A DNA stretch of 64,000 nucleotides from Fibrobacterota bacterium (GCA_042567505.1 JBHPJW010000003.1:7071-71070); one strand, 5' to 3'. Shown: positions 8,952-18,608, counted from the first letter of the stretch. Numbers and translations: made by a program. The notes: a model not told the origin generated them from the sequence alone.

Positions 8952-10142
8952 TTACTCAAGGGATCGTAAGTAAGCCAGACGATCGGAAATAAGGGACAGG
9001 GAATAGTCTATCAGACGGGTGGCGATGAGGATAAATGCGACAGAGTAGAAAAAGGACATGACGATGAACCTGGACCAGTGTTCGTAGGTCGCCCCGGTCT
9101 TCATCAGTTCCAGAAAGCTCGGGAGCACGAGCAGACCGCCCGCCAGGAACAGCAGGATGGGAACATACCAGAACAGCCTGCTGGAGAAAAACGGCGCCAG
9201 CAGTTTATGAATAATGCTCTTTTTCCTGTTTCTGGAAAGGGTGATACCCACAATTTTTCCGGCCAGGTAACTGTAACAGAAAATTAATAAGGAGACCGTC
9301 CCCAGGAGATTGCTTACCACGAACCTGTAGATCATCCATTCCAGGACTTCCCGGTGCTGCAAATAGTAGAACGTGGGCATTATCATCAGCAACAACGCTG
9401 TTACAAAAGCCAGGACGCCGATTATGTTCAAGGGACGGGAGGGCTTGTAGAGCAGGGACGCGGACAGAATCACCTTAAAGAAATTAATGCCGTCCTTAAT
9501 TGCGCTTAACTTAGATTCTCCTTCGCGTTCGTGGTAGGGCATGTCTATCTCTGATATTTTTATGTTGCCGCTTAAAATGGCCCGGGCGCTCATGGCCGGG
9601 GTAAAATGGAGGCCATTGGGAAGGGGCATGAGCCTGGCAAGGATGTTTCTGCGGACGACCCTCATGCCGCTGGCAGTGTCGCGGACCCGCTTGGAAGAAA
9701 ACAGGGTCAGCATTATGGAGAAGATGATATTTCCCGTTTTCCTGATAAGGGGCATCTTGCTGTCCGGGTTTAACCTGCACCCAAGAACCACGTCCGAGTT
9801 TGTTTCTTCCAGCAGATTGCACAGTTTGATGAAGAACATGGGGTCACAGGTTCCGTCGGCGTCCAGGAAACTCAGCAGGTCGGCATCGGACTGTTCCCAT
9901 CCCTCTTTGATGGCCGCGCCGTAACCCCTGTTGTGTTCAAACACGATAATAGTAACTTGATCACGGAATGAATTGGCCAGTTCCACGGTCTTATCGGTAG
10001 AGCCGTCGCTCACGACCGTGATATCCACCGAGTCCACACGGGTGCCGGCAATAATATGCTCACGGGCGTCCAGTGTCCTCCGGATAATGCTTTCAATGCT
10101 TTCTTCCTCATTATAAGCCGGAATAACGATTAAAAGTTTCAT
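8952..10142 (-). CDS. family 2 glycosyltransferase with C-terminal polytopic membrane domain
   Basis: MKLLIVIPAYNEEESIESII...VVSDGSTDKT...LDADG is the GT2 (GT-A, DxD) signature. The C-terminal ~140 aa are hydrophobic helices. Confidence 0.85.
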   Translation of the reverse strand: MKLLIVIPAYNEEESIESIIRRTLDAREHIIAGTRVDSVDITVVSDGSTDKTVELANSFRDQVTIIVFEHNRGYGAAIKEGWEQSDADLLSFLDADGTCDPMFFIKLCNLLEETNSDVVLGCRLNPDSKMPLIRKTGNIIFSIMLTLFSSKRVRDTASGMRVVRRNILARLMPLPNGLHFTPAMSARAILSGNIKISEIDMPYHEREGESKLSAIKDGINFFKVILSASLLYKPSRPLNIIGVLAFVTALLLMIMPTFYYLQHREVLEWMIYRFVVSNLLGTVSLLIFCYSYLAGKIVGITLSRNRKKSIIHKLLAPFFSSRLFWYVPILLFLAGGLLVLPSFLELMKTGATYEHWSRFIVMSFFYSVAFILIATRLIDYSLSLISDRLAYLRSLE

Positions 10143-10368
10143 AGGGTTATTGTTTAAGGATTTAAAAAGAAAACAATTACGTTTACAAGAAAATAAAAAC
10201 TATTCCGGGCCATGGTAAATTTTGTTGAGATGGGAAAAATGAACGGCCTGAGCTGCGCACAGTATCCATTTCCCTCATGCTTTAGTCAAAGCTGTTTTGA
10301 CAATGAATTCAACTCCATTGAAATGGGGACCGCGAGCCGAAAAAGAGCTATATTACCGCATGAAAAAA

Positions 10369-10773
10369 GGAAAGCGGGTTGGATGATTGCTGTCAGGTTT
10401 ACTTCTGATGGAGGAAAGTCCGGGCACCGCAGGACAGGATGCTGGTTAACGGCCAGTCCCGGTGACGGGAGGAAAGTGCCACAGAAAAAATACCGCCGAT
10501 GGACCCGGTTCTTCGGATCACAGGTAAGGTTGAAATGGCGAGGTAAGAGCTCACCGCGCTCCTGGTAACAGGTGCGGCAGGGCAAACCCCATCCGGTGCA
10601 ATACCAAATAGAGGGGAAGATTCCGGGTTTTCCCGGGGTCCCGGGGCGGTCCGTCCCGGCAAACTCCCGGGTAGGTAGCTTGAGGCTGGTGGCGACATCA
10701 GTCCCAGATGGATAATCATCCCGGTTCCCGCATAAGGAACCGTGACAGAACCCGGCTTATAGACCCGCTTTCC
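10369..10773 (+). ncRNA. rnpB: RNase P RNA, bacterial type A
   Basis: Conserved blocks: GAGGAAAGTCCGGGC (10411-10425), ACAGAAAAAATACCGCC, GGTAAGGTTGAAATGGCGAGGTAAGAGCTCACC, GGCAAACCCCATCCGGTGCAA and ACAGAACCCGGCTTAT (10745-10760). A perfect 11-bp P1 pairs GGAAAGCGGGT (10369-10379) with ACCCGCTTTCC (10763-10773). End coordinates are +/- a few nt. Confidence 0.9.
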
Positions 10774-10988
10774 TATCTCCTTCATGATTCTTCAGCTATT
10801 ATTTTGACGGTGGATTCGCAATGACCGTCTATGTGTCTCCGGGTCAAGCCTGGGATGACAATCCCGGGCTGTGTCAGATGTCTGGTTCCTTTGGATTGGG
10901 CTTTTGATATGCTTTTGTCACCGGGATTTTTTTGTAATTTGTAGGAACTGTTGAGGAATAATAAATAGAAGATTTTGGATCGCAGAGC

Positions 10989-12845
10989 ATGGATTGTAGT
11001 AAGTTTCCCCTTTTCCCTCCCGTAGGCGGAATTCATGAATTCCACCTACGGGAGGGGGGTGGCCATGCTCTTTTACTATCCCTGATAATGGTTTTCTGTT
11101 TGGGTTCAGATATTTATGCTAAAGAGACCAGGGCATTTAAGGCCACACCGGGCGCGGTCCGGGCGGAAACTCTTCCCGAGGACTTCTCAACAAGGGTGGA
11201 TTCCATCGCTTTTCGGATATTTGACGCTTTTGACGGATCCCGGGTAAACACCTCAGTGGAGGAAGAAATATTTAAACTTGGCAATCTCCTGCACATAGAG
11301 TCTTCTCAGGTAACAGTCCGGAGAAGGCTGCTGTTTGAAAAAGGCGATGTTATCAACAAGGAATTGTTGATGGAAACGGAAAGACTGCTTCGCAAAGAGG
11401 AATTTCTGGCCGAAGCCATTCTGGAAGTCCTGCAAAACAAACAGGGGGGAGCCGGAATCATAGTCAATACCTTTGATCAGTTTTCAACCATTCCGGCCTG
11501 GGGTTTTGGGAAACCCGCTGAGGAATGGGAATACTGGTTCGGGCTGGTGGAAAGCAACCTGGTGGGAACCGGACAGAAAATAGGCATGTTCTACAGTCAT
11601 GACATAGACAGGAATACCTATTGGGGGCTGTATGAGAATAAGGCCTTTCTCTTTAAAAACCTCCATCTTTCCGGATTGCTGGGCCGTTCCAGCGACGGAT
11701 ACAAGTACAATTATACCTTCGCCAGGCCCCTGGTATCTAAAAAACAGGAATGGGGATATTCCGTTTCTGGAGAAAGTAAAAAAGCCACTCAATTCTATTA
11801 TCTGGATGCGGACGTACCGGGAGAAGCGCGGCGGCGGGCCGATAATCCAGTGCAGGTAACCTCCATGCTGGTGACCCAGGAGGTGCCGGCTTCGGGGAAG
11901 TTGTATGAGTACCGGGACGTGGTAGACCATAATTTTTCCGGGAGCATCACCCGTTCTTTCGGTATCAAGCACAAATTCAATCTCATGTCGTCTTTCGTAT
12001 GGAACGAGAAATATCAGTCCGGTGATCCGGATGGTTATTATGCATTATCGACCCTGTATGACAGTACAGAATATGATCTCGGTTACCTTCCCCCCAAATA
12101 CCAGCTGGATTTCAGAAGGGATTTTCTGCTTGGTTTGTCGCTGTCTTATTTTCAGGTTAACTACAAGACCGTAAAAAACTTCAGGAATTTAAAGTGGAGC
12201 GAAGATATCGAGGTCGGCTTTAGAATTACCAACAGCATATCCCGGAACATGAAAGCGTTGGGAGCCAAGAATTCCGATCTCTACTTTACCCACACCCTGG
12301 TTTATAAAGATGTTTGGACTTCGGCGCATTTTTTAAGCACCAGCCTTTCTTCAAATTACTTTCTGGATTACTCGGGAAATTTTGAGGATGGGAGCATCAC
12401 CCATGTGGCCGAGTATCAAATGAAACCCATGCCCGTGACATCCACCTATTTTTCTTCAAACTGGACCAGTTACTTTGCCAGAGAACCAAGCTCCCAGTTG
12501 CTGCTGGGAGGTGAAGAGGGATTAAGCGCCTATCCCAACCGGTTCTTTGCCGGGCAGGCGAGGCTGTTCATGCAGCTGGAACAACGCTATTTTCCCAATC
12601 TGGAATTCGCTACCGGAGTTCCCGCTTTCGCGGCCTTTCTCAACGCCGGGGACGCCTTTTCGTCATACCGTCAATTCGAGTGGAACAGCCTGCATTATTC
12701 AGCCGGAGTAGGAGTGAGGATAGGGGCCACCCGTTCGGTCCAGAAGATCGTGAATCATTTGAATTTCTCTTTTCCCCTGGATCCGAAATACAGAGATATC
12801 CTCTCCAGCTGGCGGTTCACGGTGACCGCCAAGGCCAATTTATGA
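10989..12845 (+). CDS. Omp85/BamA-superfamily outer-membrane protein (one POTRA-like domain plus beta-barrel)
   Basis: POTRA-like segment VDSIAFRIFDAF...VTVRRRLLFEKGDVINKELLMETERLLRKEEFLAEA. The long C-terminal region has alternating-hydrophobic strands and ends ...SWRFTVTAKANL. The start is uncertain because a 42-bp palindrome lies 26 nt after the ATG. Confidence 0.6.
   Translation: MDCSKFPLFPPVGGIHEFHLREGGGHALLLSLIMVFCLGSDIYAKETRAFKATPGAVRAETLPEDFSTRVDSIAFRIFDAFDGSRVNTSVEEEIFKLGNLLHIESSQVTVRRRLLFEKGDVINKELLMETERLLRKEEFLAEAILEVLQNKQGGAGIIVNTFDQFSTIPAWGFGKPAEEWEYWFGLVESNLVGTGQKIGMFYSHDIDRNTYWGLYENKAFLFKNLHLSGLLGRSSDGYKYNYTFARPLVSKKQEWGYSVSGESKKATQFYYLDADVPGEARRRADNPVQVTSMLVTQEVPASGKLYEYRDVVDHNFSGSITRSFGIKHKFNLMSSFVWNEKYQSGDPDGYYALSTLYDSTEYDLGYLPPKYQLDFRRDFLLGLSLSYFQVNYKTVKNFRNLKWSEDIEVGFRITNSISRNMKALGAKNSDLYFTHTLVYKDVWTSAHFLSTSLSSNYFLDYSGNFEDGSITHVAEYQMKPMPVTSTYFSSNWTSYFAREPSSQLLLGGEEGLSAYPNRFFAGQARLFMQLEQRYFPNLEFATGVPAFAAFLNAGDAFSSYRQFEWNSLHYSAGVGVRIGATRSVQKIVNHLNFSFPLDPKYRDILSSWRFTVTAKANL
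11015..11056. repeat. 42-bp near-perfect palindrome (20 of 21 arm positions pair)
   Basis: CCCTCCCGTAGG-c-GGAATTCA|TGAATTCC-a-CCTACGGGAGGG, read directly. It contains two EcoRI sites. Confidence 0.9.
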
Positions 12846-12906
12846 GTGTTGGCAAGCGGTCAGGGGATATGACGCGCGAGCAGGCAGCGGCTGGAATGAC
12901 AGCCGT

Positions 12907-12934
12907 TCCTGACCCCTGACCACTGATCCCTGAC
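12907..12934. repeat. heptamer stutter tCCTGAC CCCTGAC CACTGAT CCCTGAC, with a complementary GGTCAGGGG at 12858-12866
   Basis: Read directly in the convergent spacer between the Omp85-like gene and the CDP-alcohol transferase gene. Confidence 0.85.
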
Positions 12935-12952
12935 TACTATTTATTCCCAATC

Positions 12953-14188
12953 TCATAGATACTTCTTCAGCACTTTCAAGTTGCCCACAATATAATCCAA
13001 TCCGGAAGCCAGCGTTACCAGAGTCACACCATACATGAGGGTGTAGGGTATCATTTCCCAGGCCTGCCTCCAGTATGGCAGGTTGGGCCAGTTTCGCATG
13101 ATAACAGTATCGACTATGGCTCCTATGAGGATCGTGATTACTACCCCGACCTGGATACCGGTCTTCCATTTTCCGCTTTTGCGGGCGTCTATGATTATGC
13201 CTTCACCGGCGGCCAGTGTGCGCAGGGTCTCCACGGTGGCCTCCCTGAAATAGATAAGAGCTATCATCCAGACATTGGCGTAGTCAGAAGCGAGGAAGCA
13301 CAGGAAAATACTCATGTTGGAAATCTTGTCCGAAAAGGGGTCCAGGTACTTGCCCAGTTTGGAAACCTCGTCGAATTTGCGCGCCAGATATCCGTCCAGG
13401 CCATCGCTGACGGCGAAGAAAATGACCATCAACAGGGCCACTGTCTTGAAGATGAGATTATTGTCCTGATAGGTCAGGTCGTTGTCATAAAAAAAGACCC
13501 AGATAAAAATAGGGCTGAGGATTATCCGGCTGAAAGTTAATTGGCTGGCCACGGAAAAGGGCTTCCTGTGATCAGGGTCTCGGTAATAAAAATACAGGTA
13601 ACCGATGCTGGTGGCGAAAATCAAGAGCAGGGAAATGACCATGCTTATGTCGGAAAGATTCCGTACCTCCTTGGCGATCTTCCAAACTTTTAGGGTAACC
13701 TGCTCTACTCTGAGCGCATGGAGAATCATGGTGATGTTTAAAGAAGCGGTGGTTATTTTGCCCCAGAGGGAATGAAGGGGCAGGGCTTTCTCCTCCTTGA
13801 ACAGGCTTACCGAAAACGCCAGATAAAACAGGTTACGCATGGTGATGGCGATAAGTCCAAAGCACAGGATAGTGGGAAAATCACCGGTAGGGCGCCATAC
13901 AATCCTTAAAAACAGGATAAGGAAAATGGTGTTGGCCAGGGACTTTTCCAGCAGTCCGAACCAGAACTTATGCAGCGGTTTTTCGATATCCTCCTGGTGC
14001 AATTTAAAAGAGGTATAAAATCCCATCATCAGGGAGACACAGAGAAGAATCGTGGCCGGGATATTTTTATCCAGCATCAGACAGGCAATTGCTCCCACAA
14101 AGGCGCCCAGTTTGCAGGTCAGCCAGACGCGGCCGGCCTTTCTTTTTGGCTCCAGAGTTGATTCTAATTGCGGATTTGGGTCAGTCAT
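12953..14188 (-). CDS. CDP-alcohol phosphatidyltransferase family protein with ~200-aa N-terminal polytopic extension
   Basis: Complete catalytic motif DGLDGYLARKFDEVSKLGKYLDPFSDK (D-G-x2-A-R-x8-G-x3-D-x3-D) at about aa 255-281 of 411. The N-terminal half is hydrophobic helices carrying a degenerate copy of the motif region. Confidence 0.8.
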   Translation of the reverse strand: MTDPNPQLESTLEPKRKAGRVWLTCKLGAFVGAIACLMLDKNIPATILLCVSLMMGFYTSFKLHQEDIEKPLHKFWFGLLEKSLANTIFLILFLRIVWRPTGDFPTILCFGLIAITMRNLFYLAFSVSLFKEEKALPLHSLWGKITTASLNITMILHALRVEQVTLKVWKIAKEVRNLSDISMVISLLLIFATSIGYLYFYYRDPDHRKPFSVASQLTFSRIILSPIFIWVFFYDNDLTYQDNNLIFKTVALLMVIFFAVSDGLDGYLARKFDEVSKLGKYLDPFSDKISNMSIFLCFLASDYANVWMIALIYFREATVETLRTLAAGEGIIIDARKSGKWKTGIQVGVVITILIGAIVDTVIMRNWPNLPYWRQAWEMIPYTLMYGVTLVTLASGLDYIVGNLKVLKKYL

Positions 14189-14197
14189 AAAGAATCC

Positions 14198-15877
14198 TTA
14201 TTTCTTTGTAAGCAGCTGCCTGGCGTGTTTTAAGGTCGCCTGTGAAGTTTCATCACCCATCATGCGGGCGAGTTCCGGGATCCTTTCGGCTTCGGTAAGC
14301 AGTTTTACCAGCGTCAGGGTTCGTCCTCCTGAGGAGGATTTGAGTACTTTTACCTGGTGGGAAGCGCGTGCCGCCACCTGGTGGAGATGGGTGATTACCA
14401 TAATTTGATGATGGTCAGAGAGTTTCTGCAGGGCCTCCCCGATCCGGTTGGCGGTGATTCCGCCGATGCCTAAATCAATCTCGTCAAAAACCATCAGCGG
14501 AACCGGATCCGCCCCGGCCAGGGCCGTTTTTATGGCAAGCATAATCCTGGAGGACTCTCCTCCGGAGGCGACACGATGAAGGGGTTTAAAACCCTCTCCA
14601 GGATTTGCCGACAACAGGAATTCCAACCGGTCCATCCCTGAGGGGAACAGGGATCCCGCTTCCATCATGAGAGGTTCTCTCTCTTTCCACTGGCAGGTAA
14701 AATCGGCTTTCTCCATCCCCAGATGGGAAAGGTGGGAGTTGACCAGTTTTTCAAACGCTTTGCCGGCTTTTTTTCTCCTTGCGCTCAGAGCCCGGGCCGC
14801 TGCGCACACAGAAGCAAAGGCTGTTTCTATTTCCGATTTGAGGCTTTCACCGTCGCCTTTATAATCGAGAAGCATATCCAGGGCATGTTTCCGTTTCTCT
14901 CTGAGTTCAATCAGCCCGGCGGTGCGGAGTTTGTACTTGGACTTCAGCTTTTGCAGAAAGGCCAGCCTGGCGTTTAATGCATCAATGGTTTCCGGATCCG
15001 CTTCCTGGGGAATTTCATAAGCCTGGATTCTTCTCAGGATATCCGTGAGGCCGGCTTTGGCATCTTCCATTTCCCGCACTGTCCCGGATAAAGCGGAGGA
15101 CCGGGATTCAAGGTATGCGAGGGCGTCTCTGAGACTTGAAAGGTTATTCATTATTCCATGCCTGTCGTCTTCCAGGAGGGCCAATCCGGCCCGCACCTGT
15201 TCAGTGGTTTTTTCCAGGTTGGAGAAAACGGCCAGACGCTCTTCAATTTGCTCTTCTTCACCCATGCGCAGACCGGCTTCCTCCAGTTCTTTATATTGGA
15301 AAGAAAAAAAGTCCTGCTGTTCCCTGGTTTTTTGGAAGGTATGCTCCCTTTCCTCCCAGGTTTCCAGCAGGGATTTCCATCCCCGGTATTTTTCCGCAAA
15401 AGCCTGTTGGAGAGCTTCCAGTTTCCCAAAGCGGTCTATATAGGAAAGGTGTGTGGCCTGGTCCAGAAGGGACTGCTGCTTATGCTGTCCATGAAGGTCC
15501 AGCAGGCAGCCGCCGGCTTTTTTCATGGTAGCCAGGGAAACAATGGATCCGTTTATGCGGCAGCGGTTCTTCCCGCCCCGGAACAATTCTCTTTCCAGAA
15601 TGAGTTCGTTTTCGCTGGTGTCAATTTCCTGGATATCCAGGAGGCGGGAAAGTTCATCGGATTCGGGAACATCGAACACAGCCTCAATGTTAAGTTTATC
15701 AGATCCTTTTCTTATTAATTCCGGATCGATTCTGGCCCCGCTGATGGTTTTTAAGGCATTGATGATAATAGTTTTTCCCGCTCCGGTTTCTCCCGTGATT
15801 ACCGTGAACCCGGTGTTCCAGTTGAGATGCAGGGAATCAATAATAGCGAAGTTGCGGATTCTCAGTTCAATCAGCAT
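14198..15877 (-). CDS. recN: DNA repair protein RecN
   Basis: MLIELRIRNFAIIDSL...ITGETGAGKTIIINAL, a long coiled-coil middle, and C-terminal SGGESSRIMLAIK...MVFDEIDLGIGG. Confidence 0.95.
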   Translation of the reverse strand: MLIELRIRNFAIIDSLHLNWNTGFTVITGETGAGKTIIINALKTISGARIDPELIRKGSDKLNIEAVFDVPESDELSRLLDIQEIDTSENELILERELFRGGKNRCRINGSIVSLATMKKAGGCLLDLHGQHKQQSLLDQATHLSYIDRFGKLEALQQAFAEKYRGWKSLLETWEEREHTFQKTREQQDFFSFQYKELEEAGLRMGEEEQIEERLAVFSNLEKTTEQVRAGLALLEDDRHGIMNNLSSLRDALAYLESRSSALSGTVREMEDAKAGLTDILRRIQAYEIPQEADPETIDALNARLAFLQKLKSKYKLRTAGLIELREKRKHALDMLLDYKGDGESLKSEIETAFASVCAAARALSARRKKAGKAFEKLVNSHLSHLGMEKADFTCQWKEREPLMMEAGSLFPSGMDRLEFLLSANPGEGFKPLHRVASGGESSRIMLAIKTALAGADPVPLMVFDEIDLGIGGITANRIGEALQKLSDHHQIMVITHLHQVAARASHQVKVLKSSSGGRTLTLVKLLTEAERIPELARMMGDETSQATLKHARQLLTKK

Positions 15878-16769
15878 CAGGTCCCTTCAATGCGTGAGAA
15901 CCGCTCCAACCGAGTTTGTTGCGAATGGATTTTAAGAAAGAAGAACCTCTGGGCCGCAGGATATGCGCGCTTTCTTTATGTTTCGTGAAGCAGGCTGTGT
16001 AGCTGGGGCGTATGCGGAATTCATGGCGTCCGTCAATTACCATTTTCACGAATTTTTTTCGGTCATTTTCACTGGTTATGCTGATTTTATGCTCAGCCGG
16101 AAGAATGATGGGACGGACCGAAAGCGGTTTGGGATTAATGGGCGTGAGCAGGATGGATTCTGATACCGGGTAAATAATGGGACCGCCGGCAGAAAGGGAA
16201 TAGGCTGTGGAGCCTGTTGGCGTGCTTACCAGCAGACCGTCCACCCAGTAATTGGACAGGTATTTGCCGCGCACCTCTACCTTGAGATCGATAAGCTCCA
16301 ATCCCATTTTACCGGTGAAGACAACATCATTCAAGGCCAGGTCCTCAAAGACCTTTTTCCGGTTTTCGAACACCCGGACTCTCAACATCATTCTTTTGGT
16401 TAGCGTGTACCGGCCTTTTTCAATCAGATCCAGGGTGTTTTTTAAATTGTCGAGCGTTACATCAGATAAAAACCCCATCCTGCCGAGATTGACGCCCAGC
16501 AGAGGGATATCGCTGCCGCTTATCAGCCTGGCAGCCGACAGAAAAGTCCCGTCACCGCCAAGAGAGAGAATCAGGTCTGCGTTTTTTTTCAGATACTTGT
16601 CACTCCTGAGGATCAGTGATTTCGAAGCCATGTTTTTCAGGTTTTTATGAAGTAGCAGCCTGACCTTAGGATGACGCGCGGACCATTTGTCAATGATGGT
16701 GAGGGCGGGCGCCACCTGGTCTATCTCCTTGTATGCCACTATGCCGATGGTGTTAATTTGCTTTTTCAT
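15867..16769 (-). CDS. nadK: NAD kinase
   Basis: MKKQINTIGIVAYKE..., GGDGTFLSAAR, NLGRMGFL and STPTGSTAYSLSAGGPI. The start is moved to the MKK codon at 16769. It overlaps recN by 11 nt and nnr by 17 nt, and nadK-recN synteny is conserved. Confidence 0.9.
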   Translation of the reverse strand: MKKQINTIGIVAYKEIDQVAPALTIIDKWSARHPKVRLLLHKNLKNMASKSLILRSDKYLKKNADLILSLGGDGTFLSAARLISGSDIPLLGVNLGRMGFLSDVTLDNLKNTLDLIEKGRYTLTKRMMLRVRVFENRKKVFEDLALNDVVFTGKMGLELIDLKVEVRGKYLSNYWVDGLLVSTPTGSTAYSLSAGGPIIYPVSESILLTPINPKPLSVRPIILPAEHKISITSENDRKKFVKMVIDGRHEFRIRPSYTACFTKHKESAHILRPRGSSFLKSIRNKLGWSGSHALKGPDAD

Positions 16770-18351
16770 CTTCGATTTCCCTGATGACAGCCGGGATGTG
16801 GTTGAGCACATCCGAGGCAGTCATGCCCAGGATGCCGGTTTGATGACGGGCCAGGTCGGCGGACGCGCTGTGGATATACACTCCCAATCCCGATGCGGGC
16901 ACAGGATCCAGAAGGCAGAGAAGCGCGGTGATGATTCCGGCCAGGACATCCCCGGATCCGGCGGTTGCCAGGCCGGGATTTCCGCTGGGGAGTATGGTGC
17001 TGGTGCCGTCGTGTGAAGTGATGATGGAAGTGGGTCCTTTTAACAGGACATTCAAACCATATTTTTTGGAGATGGATTTCGCATGCTGCAGGTGCTGCAA
17101 GGGAGAGTCATACCTGTATGTTCCACCCATGCGTTTGAACTCTCCGGCGTGCGGGGTGGCTATCACCTGTTTAAAGGATGAAGAAGCACGTCCGATCCCC
17201 TTGTTGGCCGCCGGACAGAAGAACTGCAGGCCGTCCCCGTCGACTACCAGTCTGGTGGAAATTTCAGGTACCAGCTTCAGCAGGAATTTGATGGTGTCCG
17301 CGTGTTTTCCCAGCCCGGGACCCAGCAGCACGGCATCCGCCCATTCAATCAGGGGCAGCAGTTCCTTTACATGGCTTTGGGAAAAGTGGGGGGCGTCTTC
17401 GCCTGTTTTCCCTGATGAGGTCTTTCTCTTTCCTATGGGAAGAGAGATGATTTCAACAGTATGATGGCAGATTTCATTATGCAGGCCGGAAGGGACCGCC
17501 AGCTTAACCATGCCGGCCCCCGCTTTTAGGGCGGCGTGCGCCGAAAGCACAGCTGCGCCGTGCATGCCTTTGGAGCCGGCTATTATCAGGACCTTTCCGG
17601 TGGAATATTTATGGGCGTCATAGGCTCTTTCGGGGTAAACCTCGTATGCGTCTTCTTTTCTGAAAAGCTCTGTCCGGGACGGCTGTAACCGCAGCTGGCT
17701 TTCGGGAAAACACAGGCTGTCAAAGTAAATTGACCCGAACCTCTGGCAGGAAGGATAAAAAATTGCAGATAGTTTCAGCGTACCCAGGCTCATCGTGGCC
17801 ATGGCATGCACATGCAGGCCCACTTCAGATTCATCGGTAAAAAGTCCGGAGGGGATATCAATGGAAAGCACGGGAAGGGTACTCTGGTTTATCAGCCTGA
17901 TACAGTCCGCTGTGATCCCGGCGGCCTCTCTGGTGATTCCGGCGCCCAGAAGCCCGTCTATGACCAGGGCGGTGTTCTGTGGAAATTGCAGGTCTTCAGC
18001 CTTTTTTACCGGCTGGATTTTCAGTTTAGCCCTTTTTATTTTATCATGCAGCAGCCTGGTTTCCGGACTGTAGCCTTTTTCAGAGAACAGCTGAAAGACC
18101 TTGACTTTAAATCCCCGGGACCGGGCCAGAAGGGCGGCCTGGATTCCGTCGGCTCCATTATGGCCTTTGCCGCATACGAATACCCAGGGGCGGGAACCGG
18201 GACGGGCATAGGAAGAATGAAGGGACCTGGCTGTATTAAAAACAGCCTGTCCAGCTTGAGCTATCATGTTTGATTCGGAAATACCGCATTTTTCTCTGGT
18301 CCAGGTTTCCACCTGTTTCATCTCAGAAGCAGTTAAAACGGCAAGAGTCAT
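16753..18351 (-). CDS. nnr: bifunctional NAD(P)H-hydrate repair enzyme (epimerase/dehydratase)
   Basis: YjeF-N part (CGKGHNGADG) followed by a carbohydrate-kinase-like part (GSKGMHGAAVLSAHAALKAGAGMV, GPGLG, GSGDVLAGII). Confidence 0.9.
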   Translation of the reverse strand: MTLAVLTASEMKQVETWTREKCGISESNMIAQAGQAVFNTARSLHSSYARPGSRPWVFVCGKGHNGADGIQAALLARSRGFKVKVFQLFSEKGYSPETRLLHDKIKRAKLKIQPVKKAEDLQFPQNTALVIDGLLGAGITREAAGITADCIRLINQSTLPVLSIDIPSGLFTDESEVGLHVHAMATMSLGTLKLSAIFYPSCQRFGSIYFDSLCFPESQLRLQPSRTELFRKEDAYEVYPERAYDAHKYSTGKVLIIAGSKGMHGAAVLSAHAALKAGAGMVKLAVPSGLHNEICHHTVEIISLPIGKRKTSSGKTGEDAPHFSQSHVKELLPLIEWADAVLLGPGLGKHADTIKFLLKLVPEISTRLVVDGDGLQFFCPAANKGIGRASSSFKQVIATPHAGEFKRMGGTYRYDSPLQHLQHAKSISKKYGLNVLLKGPTSIITSHDGTSTILPSGNPGLATAGSGDVLAGIITALLCLLDPVPASGLGVYIHSASADLARHQTGILGMTASDVLNHIPAVIREIEDEKAN

Positions 18352-18472
18352 TTTGGTCCCAAAGATTTGAATATGCAGATAAAATAGAAAAAACCGGGCA
18401 TTGTAATTTGGAAAAGGTTTAGATCTCCCAATTTCCAGTTGCCATGGAACGGTTATTAAGTGTATCCTTTTT

Positions 18473-18565
18473 AGGATTGAGGATTAAAAAGCCGAGAGTA
18501 GGGAGAAAGGAGTATGGAGTGTTAAAACTCCACTCTCCCCGCTCCCCACTCCCTACTAAAAAAAA
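18473..18565. repeat. stutter hairpin: AGGATTG AGGATTA, then (NNNGGAG)x3 facing (CTCCNNN)x4, then A8
   Basis: TAGGGAG AAAGGAG TATGGAG tgttaaaa CTCCACT CTCCCCG CTCCCCA CTCCCTA ct AAAAAAAA, read directly in the divergent nnr / STAS-gene spacer. Confidence 0.85.
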
Positions 18566-18608
18566 GCTCAGTACTCCAAAGGAATATGGCCTATGGAGAA
18601 TGTAAGCT

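Noticed and set aside
8752-8973. 73-aa ORF in the hemL / GT2 convergent spacer
   Set aside because: It has no motif, its composition is odd, and it overlaps the 3' end of the GT2 gene. It is treated as non-coding. I also looked for a tRNA or small structured RNA here and saw no cloverleaf or conserved block.
10212-10785. Three tracked ORFs (10212..10568 +, 10286..10585 -, 10399..10785 -) of 99-128 aa
   Set aside because: They overlap each other and the RNase P RNA gene (10369-10773), whose conserved blocks and 11-bp P1 helix explain the region. The translations are low-complexity and Arg/Pro/Gly-rich, as expected from reading a structured GC-rich RNA gene as protein.
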